From an uncultured archaeon (GTDB lineage: Archaea; Iainarchaeota; Iainarchaeia; Iainarchaeales; 1-14-0-10-31-34), in the NCBI GenBank assembly GCA_964608675.1, contig CAZSOZ010000005.1:1-64000 (forward strand): a stretch of 64,000 nucleotides of DNA, read 5' to 3'. The notes below the pieces were generated by a model. That model had not been told where the DNA came from and did no database searches. It saw only the letters and a list, made by a program, of their open reading frames with translations. The position numbers and the translations under genes are program-made. Within the stretch, counting starts at the first letter, position 1; every line of letters starts with the position of its first letter. Below are positions 1-10,187 of this stretch, in pieces.

Positions 1-46
1 TATTTTTTAATTTAATTTCTTTTTTTTTTCTCATTTTTTGTTTTTT

Positions 47-616
47 TTAATTTTTTTTTTTTTGGTTTATTCTGCTGTTTTCTGCTCCGGTTATTTTGAA
101 GTATTTTGCGTTTTTCTTTTTTCCGTAAGGAATATCGCATTCTGAAGTCAGGGTATCCAGAGTAAGTCTGGCAATTTTTATTCCAGGTCTGATTATAATT
201 GGAATCTTTGAAATATTGCTTATTTCTAAAGTAGGGTTTCCTTCAAATCCTGGATCAAAAGCTGATGCAGTTGAATGCACTATTAACCCAATTCGCCCTA
301 AACTGCTTCTTCCATCCAGCCTTCCAGCTAAATGGTTTGGAATCTTAATGTATTCTTTTGTTGTTGCCAAAATTAATTCTCTTGGGTGAACAACAAATTT
401 TTTTCCGTTTTCAACTTTAATTAATTCAGTTAAGTTTTCAGGAACTCCTTCTTTTACGTCAATATGGCTTATTTCTGAATTCCTGAAAATCCTGAATTTG
501 TTTCCCAAACTTAAGTCAACTGAAGAACAAGAAATTTCTTCTATTTTTATCCCGCTTATTTCAAGCATATTTTCTTTTATTGCTTTTTTTAAGTCTTTAT
601 CTGATAATACAGCCAT
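47..616 (-). CDS. dcd: dCTP deaminase
   Basis: LSDKDL N-terminus, SVDLSLG, GRSSLGRIG and FDPGFEG motifs. Confidence 0.92.
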   Translation of the reverse strand: MAVLSDKDLKKAIKENMLEISGIKIEEISCSSVDLSLGNKFRIFRNSEISHIDVKEGVPENLTELIKVENGKKFVVHPRELILATTKEYIKIPNHLAGRLDGRSSLGRIGLIVHSTASAFDPGFEGNPTLEISNISKIPIIIRPGIKIARLTLDTLTSECDIPYGKKKNAKYFKITGAENSRINQKKKN

Positions 617-677
617 GTTTTGAATTTAGTGTGCAAACATTTTTTATCTTTTTGATGTTCAGTTCTTTTGGTTTCAA

Positions 678-1403
678 ATGGAATTCAAATCAAAAATACT
701 GGAAATAAAAAAATGTGAAGATGAAGAAAATTGTTTTAGAATAATTAAATTTGAAAAACCTGAAGATTTTTCTTTTCAGTCCGGACAGTTTGTAATGATT
801 GCTTCTCTGGATTTTAAAATGAAAGACAACCCCGAAAAACTGAAATGGAGTTCTTTTTCTGTTGCAAGTTCTCCTCACCAAAAGCATTTAGAGTTGTGTA
901 TTAGAATTTATGAAACAGGAGGCTTAACCCAGCATTTAAGGGACACAAAAAAAGAAGGAGACACAGTACTAATCAAAGGTCCTTTTGGAAATTTTACTTT
1001 AAATAAAGACTTCAAAGAAATTTCTTTTGTTGCTTTAGGCACAGGAATTGCCCCGATGATTTCAATGATCAGAACTTTACTGCATGAAAAAGATGAAAGA
1101 CCAATTAATTTGTTTTACGGCTTTAGGAACAGATGCTGTTTTTTGTACCATGAAGAACTGCTTGAACTCCAGTCAAAACACAGAAACTTTAATTTGAATT
1201 TCATTCCAAGCGATCCTGAAGAAGACTGGGATGTCCCAAAAGGATATGTTCAGGAATTAATTGAAAAAGCTGAATTTTCTATTCCAAAAAATGAAGTGGA
1301 TTTTTATATGTGCGGTCCGCCAAAAGCCTTGGAGTCAATCAAAGAGTTTTTGATTGAAAAAGAATTCAGTAAAGACAGAATTTTCTACGAAAAATGGGGA
1401 TAA
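678..1403 (+). CDS. FAD/NAD(P)-binding oxidoreductase (ferredoxin-NADP reductase-like)
   Basis: F..GQF, GPFG, GTGIAP and YMCGP motifs. Confidence 0.85.
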   Translation: MEFKSKILEIKKCEDEENCFRIIKFEKPEDFSFQSGQFVMIASLDFKMKDNPEKLKWSSFSVASSPHQKHLELCIRIYETGGLTQHLRDTKKEGDTVLIKGPFGNFTLNKDFKEISFVALGTGIAPMISMIRTLLHEKDERPINLFYGFRNRCCFLYHEELLELQSKHRNFNLNFIPSDPEEDWDVPKGYVQELIEKAEFSIPKNEVDFYMCGPPKALESIKEFLIEKEFSKDRIFYEKWG

Positions 1404-1414
1404 ATTTTTTCTTA

Positions 1415-1483
1415 AAAGGTTTCAGAACTCATAATCTTAATCATTGCTTGCGCTCATTTCAGCCTGGTTCATCATTAACCTTT
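1415..1483 (-). ncRNA. box C/D guide sRNA, predicted target elongator tRNA-Met C34
   Basis: Minus strand: 7-bp terminal stem AAAGGTT/AACCTTT, box C ATGATGA (1469-1475), D' ATGA, C' ATGATTA, box D CTGA (1422-1425); both guides complementary to the tRNA-Met at 43243-43359. Confidence 0.85.
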
Positions 1484-1529
1484 AAACAAAAGCTGAATAA
1501 TAAAAAGCTGAAAAAAAATTAAAATGTTT

Positions 1530-1862
1530 TTATTTCCATTTGTGTTTCGGATTTCTTGGAATAACAATCCATGCAATTATGTATAATATTATTCCTGTTC
1601 CCCACATTAAAGTTAGTGCAACCCAAAACAATCTTATTAACACTGGGTCAACTTTAAGGTATTCTGCTATTCCCCCGCAAACACCGCCTAAAATTTTTTT
1701 GTTTCCTGAACGGTAAAGCCTTGGAATTTTTTTGAAATCTTTTTCCTCTGAAAGCGTTTCCTCAACTTTTTTTCCTGCTTTTTTTCCAAGCATTTCAACT
1801 TCTTCTCCAAAGTCATTCATTCTTTTCTCAAATTTTTTTTCTAATGGCTCTTTTTTTGGCAT
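1530..1862 (-). CDS. PspC domain protein
   Basis: RLYRS...LGGVCGGIAEY..VDPVLIRL...LYIIAWIVIP PspC signature. Confidence 0.88.
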   Translation of the reverse strand: MPKKEPLEKKFEKRMNDFGEEVEMLGKKAGKKVEETLSEEKDFKKIPRLYRSGNKKILGGVCGGIAEYLKVDPVLIRLFWVALTLMWGTGIILYIIAWIVIPRNPKHKWK

Positions 1863-1873
1863 TGAAATTCCTC

Positions 1874-2905
1874 CTATGGAATTAAAACTATTTTCCCGCA
1901 GTTGCCGGTGTTAATTAAATCAAATCCTTTTTCAAATTCCTCTAATTTGAATTTATGTGTTATTATTTTGCTTAAGTCAATTCCCTGTTTCTGGAGTTCT
2001 TTTACTTTGTCCCATGTTTCAAACATTCTTCTGCCGTTAATTCCTCTTACAACAGCAGACTTGAATGTAATTCCATTGTTTACATCAAGTTTCACTTCAT
2101 CAGGAAACACTCCAAGAATTGCTGCTTCTCCTCCGCCTCGCAAAGCGTTGAATCCTTTTTTAAGTGAATCAGGGTGCCCTGACATTTCCAAAAAAACGTC
2201 TGCTCCTCTGCATGTTTCTTTTAATATGACTTCATCTGATTTTTCTTTTTTTGCGTCAATAACTTCTGCCCCCAGTTTTTCTGCTATATTAAGCCTGAAA
2301 TCATTTACGTCTACTGCAAAAATTCTTTCTGCTCCAATTTTTTTGAGTATCATAACCGCGTATAGCCCAATCGGCCCGCATCCAAAAACTGAAACAGTTT
2401 TTCCTTTAGTTTCCTGTGCAAAAACCGTATGAACTGCGTTTCCGAAAGGCTCCTGAACAGAAGATGTTTCATGAGAAATTTTTTTGTCATTAATTATTGC
2501 GTTCTGCCATGGAAGAGTCAAATATTCTGCAAAACTTCCGTTTACATCAACCCCCAAAATTTTTAGGTTTTCACAGATGTGTGCATTTCCTATTCTGCAC
2601 TGAAAACAAGTAAAATCAGCTAAATGCGTTTCTCCTGAAACAAAATCTCCCAATTCAACTTTTTCTGTTTTGTTTCCTTTTTCTATTACTTCCCCTGAAA
2701 ACTCGTGGCCAAAAATCATCGGAGGCTTAATTCTTGATTCACTCCATTTGTCCCAGTTATAAATGTGTTTGTCTGTCCCGCATACTCCGCATGCTTTTAC
2801 TTTAATCAGCACTTCGTTTTCTTTCGGTTTAGGAATGTCTGCTTCCTTTAGTTCAGCCCCTGCTTTTGGTTCAGTTTTCCATAATGCTTTCATTTTTCTT
2901 TCCAT
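1874..2905 (-). CDS. tdh: L-threonine 3-dehydrogenase
   Basis: CGTDKHIY.WD.W, GHEFSG, GCGPIG, GRRMFETW; divergent from kbl. Confidence 0.9.
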   Translation of the reverse strand: MERKMKALWKTEPKAGAELKEADIPKPKENEVLIKVKACGVCGTDKHIYNWDKWSESRIKPPMIFGHEFSGEVIEKGNKTEKVELGDFVSGETHLADFTCFQCRIGNAHICENLKILGVDVNGSFAEYLTLPWQNAIINDKKISHETSSVQEPFGNAVHTVFAQETKGKTVSVFGCGPIGLYAVMILKKIGAERIFAVDVNDFRLNIAEKLGAEVIDAKKEKSDEVILKETCRGADVFLEMSGHPDSLKKGFNALRGGGEAAILGVFPDEVKLDVNNGITFKSAVVRGINGRRMFETWDKVKELQKQGIDLSKIITHKFKLEEFEKGFDLINTGNCGKIVLIP

Positions 2906-2972
2906 AAAACCCCTCTTTTATTATTTAAGCACAATAAAAATAAAAACTTGTAAGAAGTAATTTTTTTGGCTT

Positions 2973-4163
2973 TTGGAGGAAAAAAAAATGACTGCACTTG
3001 ATTTTATGAAAAAAGAAGTAAATGAATTAAAAGAAAAAGGCTTGAACTGGAAGCTGAGGGTTCTGGAAACAAAGTCTGTTCCACATTCAGTGGTTGACGG
3101 AAAAAAAACTTTAATTTTATGTTCCAACAATTACTTGAATTTAAGTTCTCATCCTAAATTAATTGAAGCTTCAGTGAAAGCAGCAAAAGAATTTGGTGCA
3201 GGAAGCGGTTCAGTTCGTGCAATTGCAGGAACAATGAAACTGCATGTTGAATTAGAAAAAAAAATTGCTGAATTCAAGGAAACAGAAGACGCATTATATT
3301 ATCAGACAGGTTTTGCAGCTAACGCAGGCTTAATTCCTGCTTTAGCAGGAAAAAATGATTTAATTATTTCAGATGAATTAAATCATGGAAGCATTATTGA
3401 CGGAGTAAGGCTTACAAAAGCTGAAAGAAAAATTTTTCCTCACCGCAATACAGATGTTTTAGCAGAACTTTTAGAGGAAACAGAAAAAAAATTCGAAAAA
3501 ATTTTTGTTATTACAGATGGAGTTTTTTCTATGGATGGAGATATTGCTCCTTTAAATAAAATTTCTGATTTATGCTTAAAACATAATTCAGTTTCATATG
3601 TTGATGACGCTCATGGAGATGGTGTTTTGGGAAACGGAATAGGAATAGTTCATCATTTTAATTTAAAACAAAAAATTGATATTGAAATGGGAACTTTTTC
3701 TAAGGCTTTTGGAGTAGTCGGAGGCTATATTTCTGGTTCAACTGATTTAAAGGAATTTGCTTTTAATAAAAGCCGTACTTGGCTTTTGTCTGGAAGTGCG
3801 CCTCCTGCAACTGCTGCTGCATGCATTGCTTCTTTGAATGTAGTTAAAAATGAACCAGAGCACGTAAAAAAATTATGGGAAAACACTGATTACTGGAAGA
3901 AAGGCTTGAAAAAAACAGGTTTTAATACAGGTGAAAGCGAAACTCCAATTACTCCTGTAATGCTTAGAGAAAGCCTTACTGCACAAAAGTTTTCTCAAAA
4001 ACTTTTGGATAAAGGAATTCTTGCTTTACCTATTGTTTTTCCTATGGTTGCAAAAGATAAAGCCAGAATCAGAACAATAATGAATTCAGGTTTAACTAAA
4101 CAGGATTTAGATTCTGCTTTAGAAAAATTTGAAGAAATAGGAAAAGAATTAAAAGTAATTTAA
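2973..4163 (+). CDS. kbl: 2-amino-3-ketobutyrate CoA ligase (glycine C-acetyltransferase); start may be ATG 2988
   Basis: SNNYL, SDELNHGSIIDG, DGVFSMDGD, DDAHG, GTFSKAFG; adjacent to tdh. Confidence 0.85.
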   Translation: MEEKKMTALDFMKKEVNELKEKGLNWKLRVLETKSVPHSVVDGKKTLILCSNNYLNLSSHPKLIEASVKAAKEFGAGSGSVRAIAGTMKLHVELEKKIAEFKETEDALYYQTGFAANAGLIPALAGKNDLIISDELNHGSIIDGVRLTKAERKIFPHRNTDVLAELLEETEKKFEKIFVITDGVFSMDGDIAPLNKISDLCLKHNSVSYVDDAHGDGVLGNGIGIVHHFNLKQKIDIEMGTFSKAFGVVGGYISGSTDLKEFAFNKSRTWLLSGSAPPATAAACIASLNVVKNEPEHVKKLWENTDYWKKGLKKTGFNTGESETPITPVMLRESLTAQKFSQKLLDKGILALPIVFPMVAKDKARIRTIMNSGLTKQDLDSALEKFEEIGKELKVI

Positions 4164-4168
4164 TTAAA

Positions 4169-5221
4169 TTATTTTTTCATGATTGAATAAGTAGGATAAG
4201 CAAATTCTATTTTTTCTTTTTCGAATTCTTTTTTTATTCCTAAATTTATTTCCTGCTGGGCATCCATATACACATTGTAATCCTGTGAATCCAAATAATA
4301 AATTACTTCATAGTTTAATGAAAAGTCCGCGAATTTTTTGAAGTGAACTCTGTCTACTCTTGTTTTTGGAACTTTTTCTATTATTTTTTTTACTATTTCA
4401 GGAATTTTTTTCATTTTTTTTATTGGAGTCTCGTATGTAATTCCAAAACCAAATTCTATTCTTCTGTAATTCATTTTTTTAAAGTTATGAATCCTTGAAT
4501 TAATTAATTCATGGTTTGACATTACGAGTTCTTCTCCTCTTAATGTCTTAAGCCTTGTTGATTTTAATCCGATTTTTTCAACTGTTCCTAAATCGTCTCC
4601 GATTATTAAAAAGTCGCCTTCTACAAACGGTTTATCAAAATAAATTGTGAAAAAATAAAATATATCGCTTAAAATATTCTGCAAAGCAAAAGCTATTGCC
4701 AGTCCTGCTATTCCAAATCCTGCAATCAAAGTATTAATATTAAATCCCATGTTTGAAAGCAAAACAAGCAATGCTATAAGCCATAACAATACTTTTCCGA
4801 ATCTTGCAAGATATTCCAATGCCCTTGGAGTTCCTTTTTCTTTTACTTCCTGTTTTTTTTGGTATTCTTTTACAAAAAAATCAAGTGAAACCTGCATTAT
4901 TTTTACAATATAATAAAGCACGGCAATTAACAGCAAATAATAAATGCCATCTCCGATTTCTTTCGGCAAAACAATAAACCAGGAAGCAATATACAAACTT
5001 AAAATCAAATAAAAAGGATATTTAATTGATTTAATTATGCTGATTATTAAGTCGTCGTATTCTGTTTTTGTCCTTACACTGATTTGGTGAAGCAAATACA
5101 AAACATATTTTTTGAATCCAAAAATAATTAAGTTAACTAAAACAAATACTCCTAAAGCAATCAAATATTCTTCAACTGTATTCCCAAAATAACTTGAAGA
5201 AAGAATGTCCTCTAAAGCCAA
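4169..5221 (-). CDS. small-conductance mechanosensitive channel (MscS family)
   Basis: GIAGLAIAFALQ..LSD, KPF..GD, GTVEKIGLKST, IEFAYPT. Confidence 0.9.
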   Translation of the reverse strand: MALEDILSSSYFGNTVEEYLIALGVFVLVNLIIFGFKKYVLYLLHQISVRTKTEYDDLIISIIKSIKYPFYLILSLYIASWFIVLPKEIGDGIYYLLLIAVLYYIVKIMQVSLDFFVKEYQKKQEVKEKGTPRALEYLARFGKVLLWLIALLVLLSNMGFNINTLIAGFGIAGLAIAFALQNILSDIFYFFTIYFDKPFVEGDFLIIGDDLGTVEKIGLKSTRLKTLRGEELVMSNHELINSRIHNFKKMNYRRIEFGFGITYETPIKKMKKIPEIVKKIIEKVPKTRVDRVHFKKFADFSLNYEVIYYLDSQDYNVYMDAQQEINLGIKKEFEKEKIEFAYPTYSIMKK

Positions 5222-5373
5222 TTATTTCACCTTTAATATAATAAATTCCCTTGTTTATTTAAAGATTCTTTTTTTTCTTTTTTAAAAATTAAGCAAATTA
5301 ATTACTTAAAAATCTTCTTTTTTTTAATTTTTTTTCTGAAGCATTTATTAGAAGAAAAAACCCTTTTTTATAC

Positions 5374-6045
5374 ATGAAAGAAATCAAGGCAAACACAGTT
5401 ATTTTTGATATGGATGGCGTAATCATTGATTCAATTCCATTGCACAAAAAAACTTATTCAGAAATCTTCAAAAAAATGAATGTTCCTTTTTCTATTGAAA
5501 AATTTGATGAAATTAACGGCCGGCATATTGAAGATGCATTTAATTACATTAAAGAAAATTACGGCGGAAATTTTAACGTAAATAAAGCAGTAAAAAAAAA
5601 GAAGGAAAAAAACATTGAGATTTCAAAAAAAGCTCATTTAATGAAGGGAACAAAAAAATTAATTAAAATTCTTGCAGACAAAAACTTTAATTTAATTCTT
5701 GCTACTTCTGCAACAAAAAAGGAAGCAGAAAACGTTTTTAAAAGATTTAATTTAAATCAATATTTTGACTGTGTTATAACCGGAGAAGACGTTGAACACA
5801 GCAAGCCCAACCCAGAAATTTTTGTTTCATGCATAAAAAAACTTAATTTAAACAAAAAAAATTCTGTTGTAATTGAAGATTCGCCTAAAGGAATTAAAGC
5901 AGCAAAAAAAGCAGGAATGAAATGCATTGCTTTAACATCAACTCACAAAAAAACTCAATTAAATGAAGCAGACGCTGTTGTTGAAAACCTTAACGAAATT
6001 TCTTCAATTTTAAAATTTAATAACCAAAAAAGAAAAGGAGGATAA
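5374..6045 (+). CDS. HAD-superfamily phosphatase (beta-PGM-like)
   Basis: FDMDGVIIDS, KPNPEIF, IEDS..GI.AA..AGM. Confidence 0.88.
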   Translation: MKEIKANTVIFDMDGVIIDSIPLHKKTYSEIFKKMNVPFSIEKFDEINGRHIEDAFNYIKENYGGNFNVNKAVKKKKEKNIEISKKAHLMKGTKKLIKILADKNFNLILATSATKKEAENVFKRFNLNQYFDCVITGEDVEHSKPNPEIFVSCIKKLNLNKKNSVVIEDSPKGIKAAKKAGMKCIALTSTHKKTQLNEADAVVENLNEISSILKFNNQKRKGG

Positions 6046-6046
6046 A

Positions 6047-7045
6047 ATGAAGAACCCTTTTTCAATTCTTTCTTCTTCAGAAAAAAAGAAAATAAAAAAG
6101 AAATCTTTTCCTGATTTTGTTAAACCAATGCTTGCTGTTTTAACTAAAAACCATTTTTCTTCTCCTGACTGGATTTATGAAAGAAAACTTGACGGAGAAA
6201 GATGCCTTGCATTCAAAAAAGGAAGCAAAATAAAATTAATGTCAAGAAACAAAAAAAACATTTCAAAAACTTACCCTGAATTAATTGAGCTTCTGGAAAA
6301 ACAAAATCACACTTTTGTTGCTGACGGAGAAATTGTTGCTTTTCAAGGAAACACTACAAGTTTTTCCCGCCTTCAAAACAGGCTTGGATTAAAAGACGAA
6401 AAAAAAATAAAAGAAACAGGAATAAAAGTTTATTTTTATTTGTTTGATTTAATTCATTTGAACGGATTTGATTTAAGCGAACTCCCTTTAATTAAAAGAA
6501 AAGAACTGCTGAAAAAAAGCATTAAATTTGACGAACCTCTGCGTTTTACTGAACACAGAAACAAAGAAGGAAAAAATTTTTTGGGTGAAGCCTGCAAAAA
6601 AGGATGGGAAGGATTAATTGCTAAAGAATCAGAAAGCGTTTACAAACACAAGCGTTCAAAGAAATGGCTTAAATTCAAGTGCGGAAACCAGCAGGAATTT
6701 GTTATAGGAGGATTCACTGAACCTAAAGGAAGCAGAATAAATTTTGGAGCGCTTTTAATAGGATACTATAAAAAAAACAAATTTAAGTTTGCAGGAAAAG
6801 TCGGAACAGGATACAGCGATGAAACTTTAAGAGAATTAGGAAAAAAACTTAAATCAATTGAAATAAAAAACAAGCCTTTTGATGAAAAAGTAAAAGAAAA
6901 AAAAGTTCATTGGGTTAAACCCAAGCTTGTTGCAGAAATTGCTTTCACTGAATGGACTAATGAACGAAAATTAAGGCATCCAAGGTATCTGGGTTTAAGA
7001 AGAGACAAAAAACCCAAAAATGTTGTAAGGGAGAAGCCAAAATGA
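6047..7045 (+). CDS. ligD: ATP-dependent DNA ligase, LigD ligase-domain type
   Basis: ERKLDGER, DGEIV, EGLIAK, WLKFK, EFVIGG, GKVGTG, LRHPRY.G.R.DK. Confidence 0.88.
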   Translation: MKNPFSILSSSEKKKIKKKSFPDFVKPMLAVLTKNHFSSPDWIYERKLDGERCLAFKKGSKIKLMSRNKKNISKTYPELIELLEKQNHTFVADGEIVAFQGNTTSFSRLQNRLGLKDEKKIKETGIKVYFYLFDLIHLNGFDLSELPLIKRKELLKKSIKFDEPLRFTEHRNKEGKNFLGEACKKGWEGLIAKESESVYKHKRSKKWLKFKCGNQQEFVIGGFTEPKGSRINFGALLIGYYKKNKFKFAGKVGTGYSDETLRELGKKLKSIEIKNKPFDEKVKEKKVHWVKPKLVAEIAFTEWTNERKLRHPRYLGLRRDKKPKNVVREKPK

Positions 7046-7911
7046 AAAAAAAATTCGGAAAACACAAAATCAAGCTTTCAAATCAAGATAAAATTTATTT
7101 TCCTGAAAAAAAAATTTCCAAAGGAGAATTAATTGAATACTATGAAAAAATTGCAGACAGAATGCTTCCTCATTTAAAAGACAGGGTTATTACAATGAAA
7201 AGATATCCTGACGGAATAAAAAAACAAGGGTTTTTTCAAAAAGAAGTTTCTGATTATTTCCCTGAATGGATTAAAACAGTTAAAGTAAAAAAAAAGCAGG
7301 GCACAGGAAACCAATTAGTCTGCCAAAACAAGGAAACCTTAATGTATATTGCCAATCAAGGATGCATTACTCCCCATATCTGGCTAAGCAAAATCAGCAA
7401 GCTTGAAAAACCTGATAAAATTGTTTTTGATTTGGATCCTTCAGAAAAAAATTTTTCTGACGTAAAAACCGCGGCTTTTGATTTAAAAAAAGAAACTAAA
7501 AAAATGAAGCTTAATTCTTTTGTTATGACCACAGGCTCCAGAGGACTGCATGTAATTGTTCCAATTAAATCTGAAACTTCTTTCAAGAAAGCAAGAGCTT
7601 TTGCAAGAAAAACAGCTGAAAAAACCGCAGAAAACAATCCTGAAAAATATACTGTTGAACAAAGAAAAAACAAAAGAAAAGGAAGAGTTTTTCTTGATTT
7701 TTTAAGGAATTCTTATGCTCAAACAAGTGTTGCTCCTTATTCTGTGAGAGCAAGAACAGGAGCGCCTGTTGCAGTACCAATTGAATGGAGTGAATTAAAA
7801 AACAAAAACATTAAACCTCAAACCTTTAACATAAAAAATTTGTTTAAGAAAAAAAAGAAGGATTCATGGAAAAAAATTTACAGGAAAGCAAAGACTCTTC
7901 CCGTTGATTGA
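7042..7911 (+). CDS. LigD polymerase/primase domain protein (Prim-Pol)
   Basis: RYPDG...FFQK, PD.IVFDLDP, TTGSRGLHV, FLDFLRN...T.VAPYSVRAR..APVAVPIEW. Confidence 0.88.
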   Translation: MKKKFGKHKIKLSNQDKIYFPEKKISKGELIEYYEKIADRMLPHLKDRVITMKRYPDGIKKQGFFQKEVSDYFPEWIKTVKVKKKQGTGNQLVCQNKETLMYIANQGCITPHIWLSKISKLEKPDKIVFDLDPSEKNFSDVKTAAFDLKKETKKMKLNSFVMTTGSRGLHVIVPIKSETSFKKARAFARKTAEKTAENNPEKYTVEQRKNKRKGRVFLDFLRNSYAQTSVAPYSVRARTGAPVAVPIEWSELKNKNIKPQTFNIKNLFKKKKKDSWKKIYRKAKTLPVD

Positions 7912-8078
7912 AAATGAAAAAATTTATTGGAACTTCCGGCTGGAATTATTCTCACTGGAAAAAAAATTTTTATCCGGAAAACCTTTCAAAAAAAGACTGG
8001 TTTAAATTTTATTCAAAGAAATTCAAAACCGTTGAAATAAATTATTCTTTTTATAAATGGCCAGACAAAAAAACTCAA
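7908..8078 (+). pseudogene. DUF72 N-terminal fragment
   Basis: IGTSGWNY.HW...FYP...Y...F.TVEINYSFY.WP, after which similarity ends. Confidence 0.8.
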
Positions 8079-8274
8079 AAAAATTTTCATTGCAATGAGA
8101 AGAGTTTTAAAAACAGCAATCAGAAACAATGCTGACCCAAAAAAATTTCCTTTTTCTTATCTGATTCCAAAAAGAGAAAAAGGTGAAAAATGCCCTAAAG
8201 GAAAAACCAAAATAAAGCAAATAAAAATTTCAGGGCGTTCAACTTATTTTTGTCCAAAACGCCAAAAACTTTAA
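8079..8274 (+). pseudogene. C-terminal fragment of an Fpg/Nei DNA glycosylase (H2TH end plus zinc-finger region)
   Basis: Manual translation KIFIAMRRVLKTAI...CPKGKTKIKQIKISGRSTYFCPKRQKL*. Confidence 0.72.
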
Positions 8275-9032
8275 TTAAGCAGGCTTAAAGTTATTCCCAT
8301 TACAATGCTTCCTAAAAGAAAACCAAAAGTCATTAAATGAGCGTTTCCTTTGCAGTGATTCATTGCTGTTGGAAGCAGTTCATCAAAGCAAATGAAAACC
8401 ATTATTCCTGCAACAAACGCAAGGCTTGCGCCAATTAATGCTTCTGAAAGAAACGGCAAAAGAACTAACGCTCCGATTAATGCTCCAATTGGTTCAGCTA
8501 TTCCTGATAAAAAGGAAACAAAAAACGCTTTTCTTTTCTTTTTTGTTGCAAAATAAACAGGAATTGAAACCGCTATTCCTTCAGGAATATTATGCATTGC
8601 AATAGCTATTGCCATAATTATTCCTAATTCAAGAGATTCAAGGTTTCCTGCAAAAACAGCAAACCCTTCAGGAAAATTATGTATTGCTAAGCCCAAGCCT
8701 ACAAACAAACCAGTTTTCAAAAGTTTACTGTTTTTTCTTTTTTTTGAAACTTTTTCCATTATATATTCATGTGGAATAAAATAATCAATTAAAAAAACAA
8801 CTGTTGCTCCGCCAAAAAATAAGAACAATGCATTACTGTAGCCTATTGTTTGAATTCCTTCAGGAAGCAGTTCAATAAAAGAAACAGTAATCATTACTCC
8901 TGTTGAAAAAGCCAAAGAAAAAGTCAAATAAGAACTTTTCATTTCTTTGATAAAAAAAACTACAGCGCTTCCGATTACTGTTGAAATTCCTGCAAAAAAA
9001 GCTAGAATTAATCCAACAAATACCGGATCCAT
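8271..9032 (-). CDS. zupT: ZIP-family zinc/metal transporter ZupT
   Basis: AIHNFPEG and AMHNIPEG motifs, ~8 TM segments. Confidence 0.88.
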   Translation of the reverse strand: MDPVFVGLILAFFAGISTVIGSAVVFFIKEMKSSYLTFSLAFSTGVMITVSFIELLPEGIQTIGYSNALFLFFGGATVVFLIDYFIPHEYIMEKVSKKRKNSKLLKTGLFVGLGLAIHNFPEGFAVFAGNLESLELGIIMAIAIAMHNIPEGIAVSIPVYFATKKKRKAFFVSFLSGIAEPIGALIGALVLLPFLSEALIGASLAFVAGIMVFICFDELLPTAMNHCKGNAHLMTFGFLLGSIVMGITLSLLN

Positions 9033-9082
9033 AAAAGAAATGAAATAAGATAAACAAATAAAAAGGTATGCCTAACTTTGTT

Positions 9083-10054
9083 TTATCCGCATTCTTGATT
9101 ATGTAATTCCTGCAATTTATTTGCAGTGGATTCATATTCTTTTGCTTTTGTCTGGTTTTCTTCAGTCAAAGAATGGTATCTGTATCCTTGGTATGAAACA
9201 AACACGTAATCGCATAACTCTTGAATGCCTGTACACAAGTCAGTGTTTTCGCATGCCTGGAACTGCCAGCTTTCTCCTTCAGGATGAATCCATACAATCC
9301 TGCATCCATTTATTGTTTCGCATGAATCAAGCTTATCGCAGTAAGAACAGCATCCGGGACTGCATTTACTGCATTCTTTTGGTTCAAACATTAATGTTTC
9401 GCATAATTCTTTTTCACAAAAATTTTCAGAGCAGTATTCAATGCATGCATTTCTGTTTTGAATTTTTTCACAGTATTCTGAATTAAATTCTGAATCCCAT
9501 TCACAGAATTCCTGCCATTCCTCACATTCAAAACTATTTTCTTCCATGCATTCTGCTTTCTTTTTGCTGCAGTCTTCTTTAAGGTCATCAAAACTAAACG
9601 GGTTTTCCACATGTTTTTTTAGTACATTAATTATTTCTGTTTTAACTTTATCAAATGCATCCACATTAGTGTTAACTACATTAACTGTCTTGTTTTCGCC
9701 TTCTGCAGTAATTGAAATTTTTGAAAAGCCTCCGTCCATTATACTTGGATCATCATAATTGTTATTTAATCCAAAAAAACTGTTCACTATAACTGCGTCA
9801 TAAATTTTTTTTCTTTCTTGTTCGCTTACTTTGAATTCGTGTTCTTTTGTTAAATTCATTCCCATACTTTTTTTGAATACTCCGTTGCCTTTTGAATCAA
9901 TGCTTAATTCGTAATGCCCCCATTCCAAGTGCATTGCTCCTGATTCATATTCCACTGAAAAATCTGATGGAAGTGTTTCAGGAGGCTGAGGCGGATTAGG
10001 GCATCCTGCGAACATTAATACAGCCAAACAAATAAACAAAACTGTTTTTTTCAT
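9083..10054 (-). CDS. secreted lipoprotein with Cys-rich C-terminal region
   Basis: Lipobox-like LMFAGC; many Cys in the C-terminal half. Confidence 0.65.
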   Translation of the reverse strand: MKKTVLFICLAVLMFAGCPNPPQPPETLPSDFSVEYESGAMHLEWGHYELSIDSKGNGVFKKSMGMNLTKEHEFKVSEQERKKIYDAVIVNSFFGLNNNYDDPSIMDGGFSKISITAEGENKTVNVVNTNVDAFDKVKTEIINVLKKHVENPFSFDDLKEDCSKKKAECMEENSFECEEWQEFCEWDSEFNSEYCEKIQNRNACIEYCSENFCEKELCETLMFEPKECSKCSPGCCSYCDKLDSCETINGCRIVWIHPEGESWQFQACENTDLCTGIQELCDYVFVSYQGYRYHSLTEENQTKAKEYESTANKLQELHNQECG

Positions 10055-10093
10055 TTTAATTACTAATAAGAATTAGTTATATTTAATTGTTAT

Positions 10094-10147
10094 TGTCTGT
10101 TCGTTGGTCTTTTTTCTGGAGAAAAATTCCCTCCTCACGGATTCGCA
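10094..10147. repeat. 54-bp direct repeat of the tRNA-Tyr 3' end plus downstream flank (att-like)
   Basis: Ungapped 44/54 match to 12641-12694. Confidence 0.8.
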
Positions 10148-10187
10148 AAAAGGTTTTTGGTTAGAAGAAGGAAGTTTGCAGTCCATT

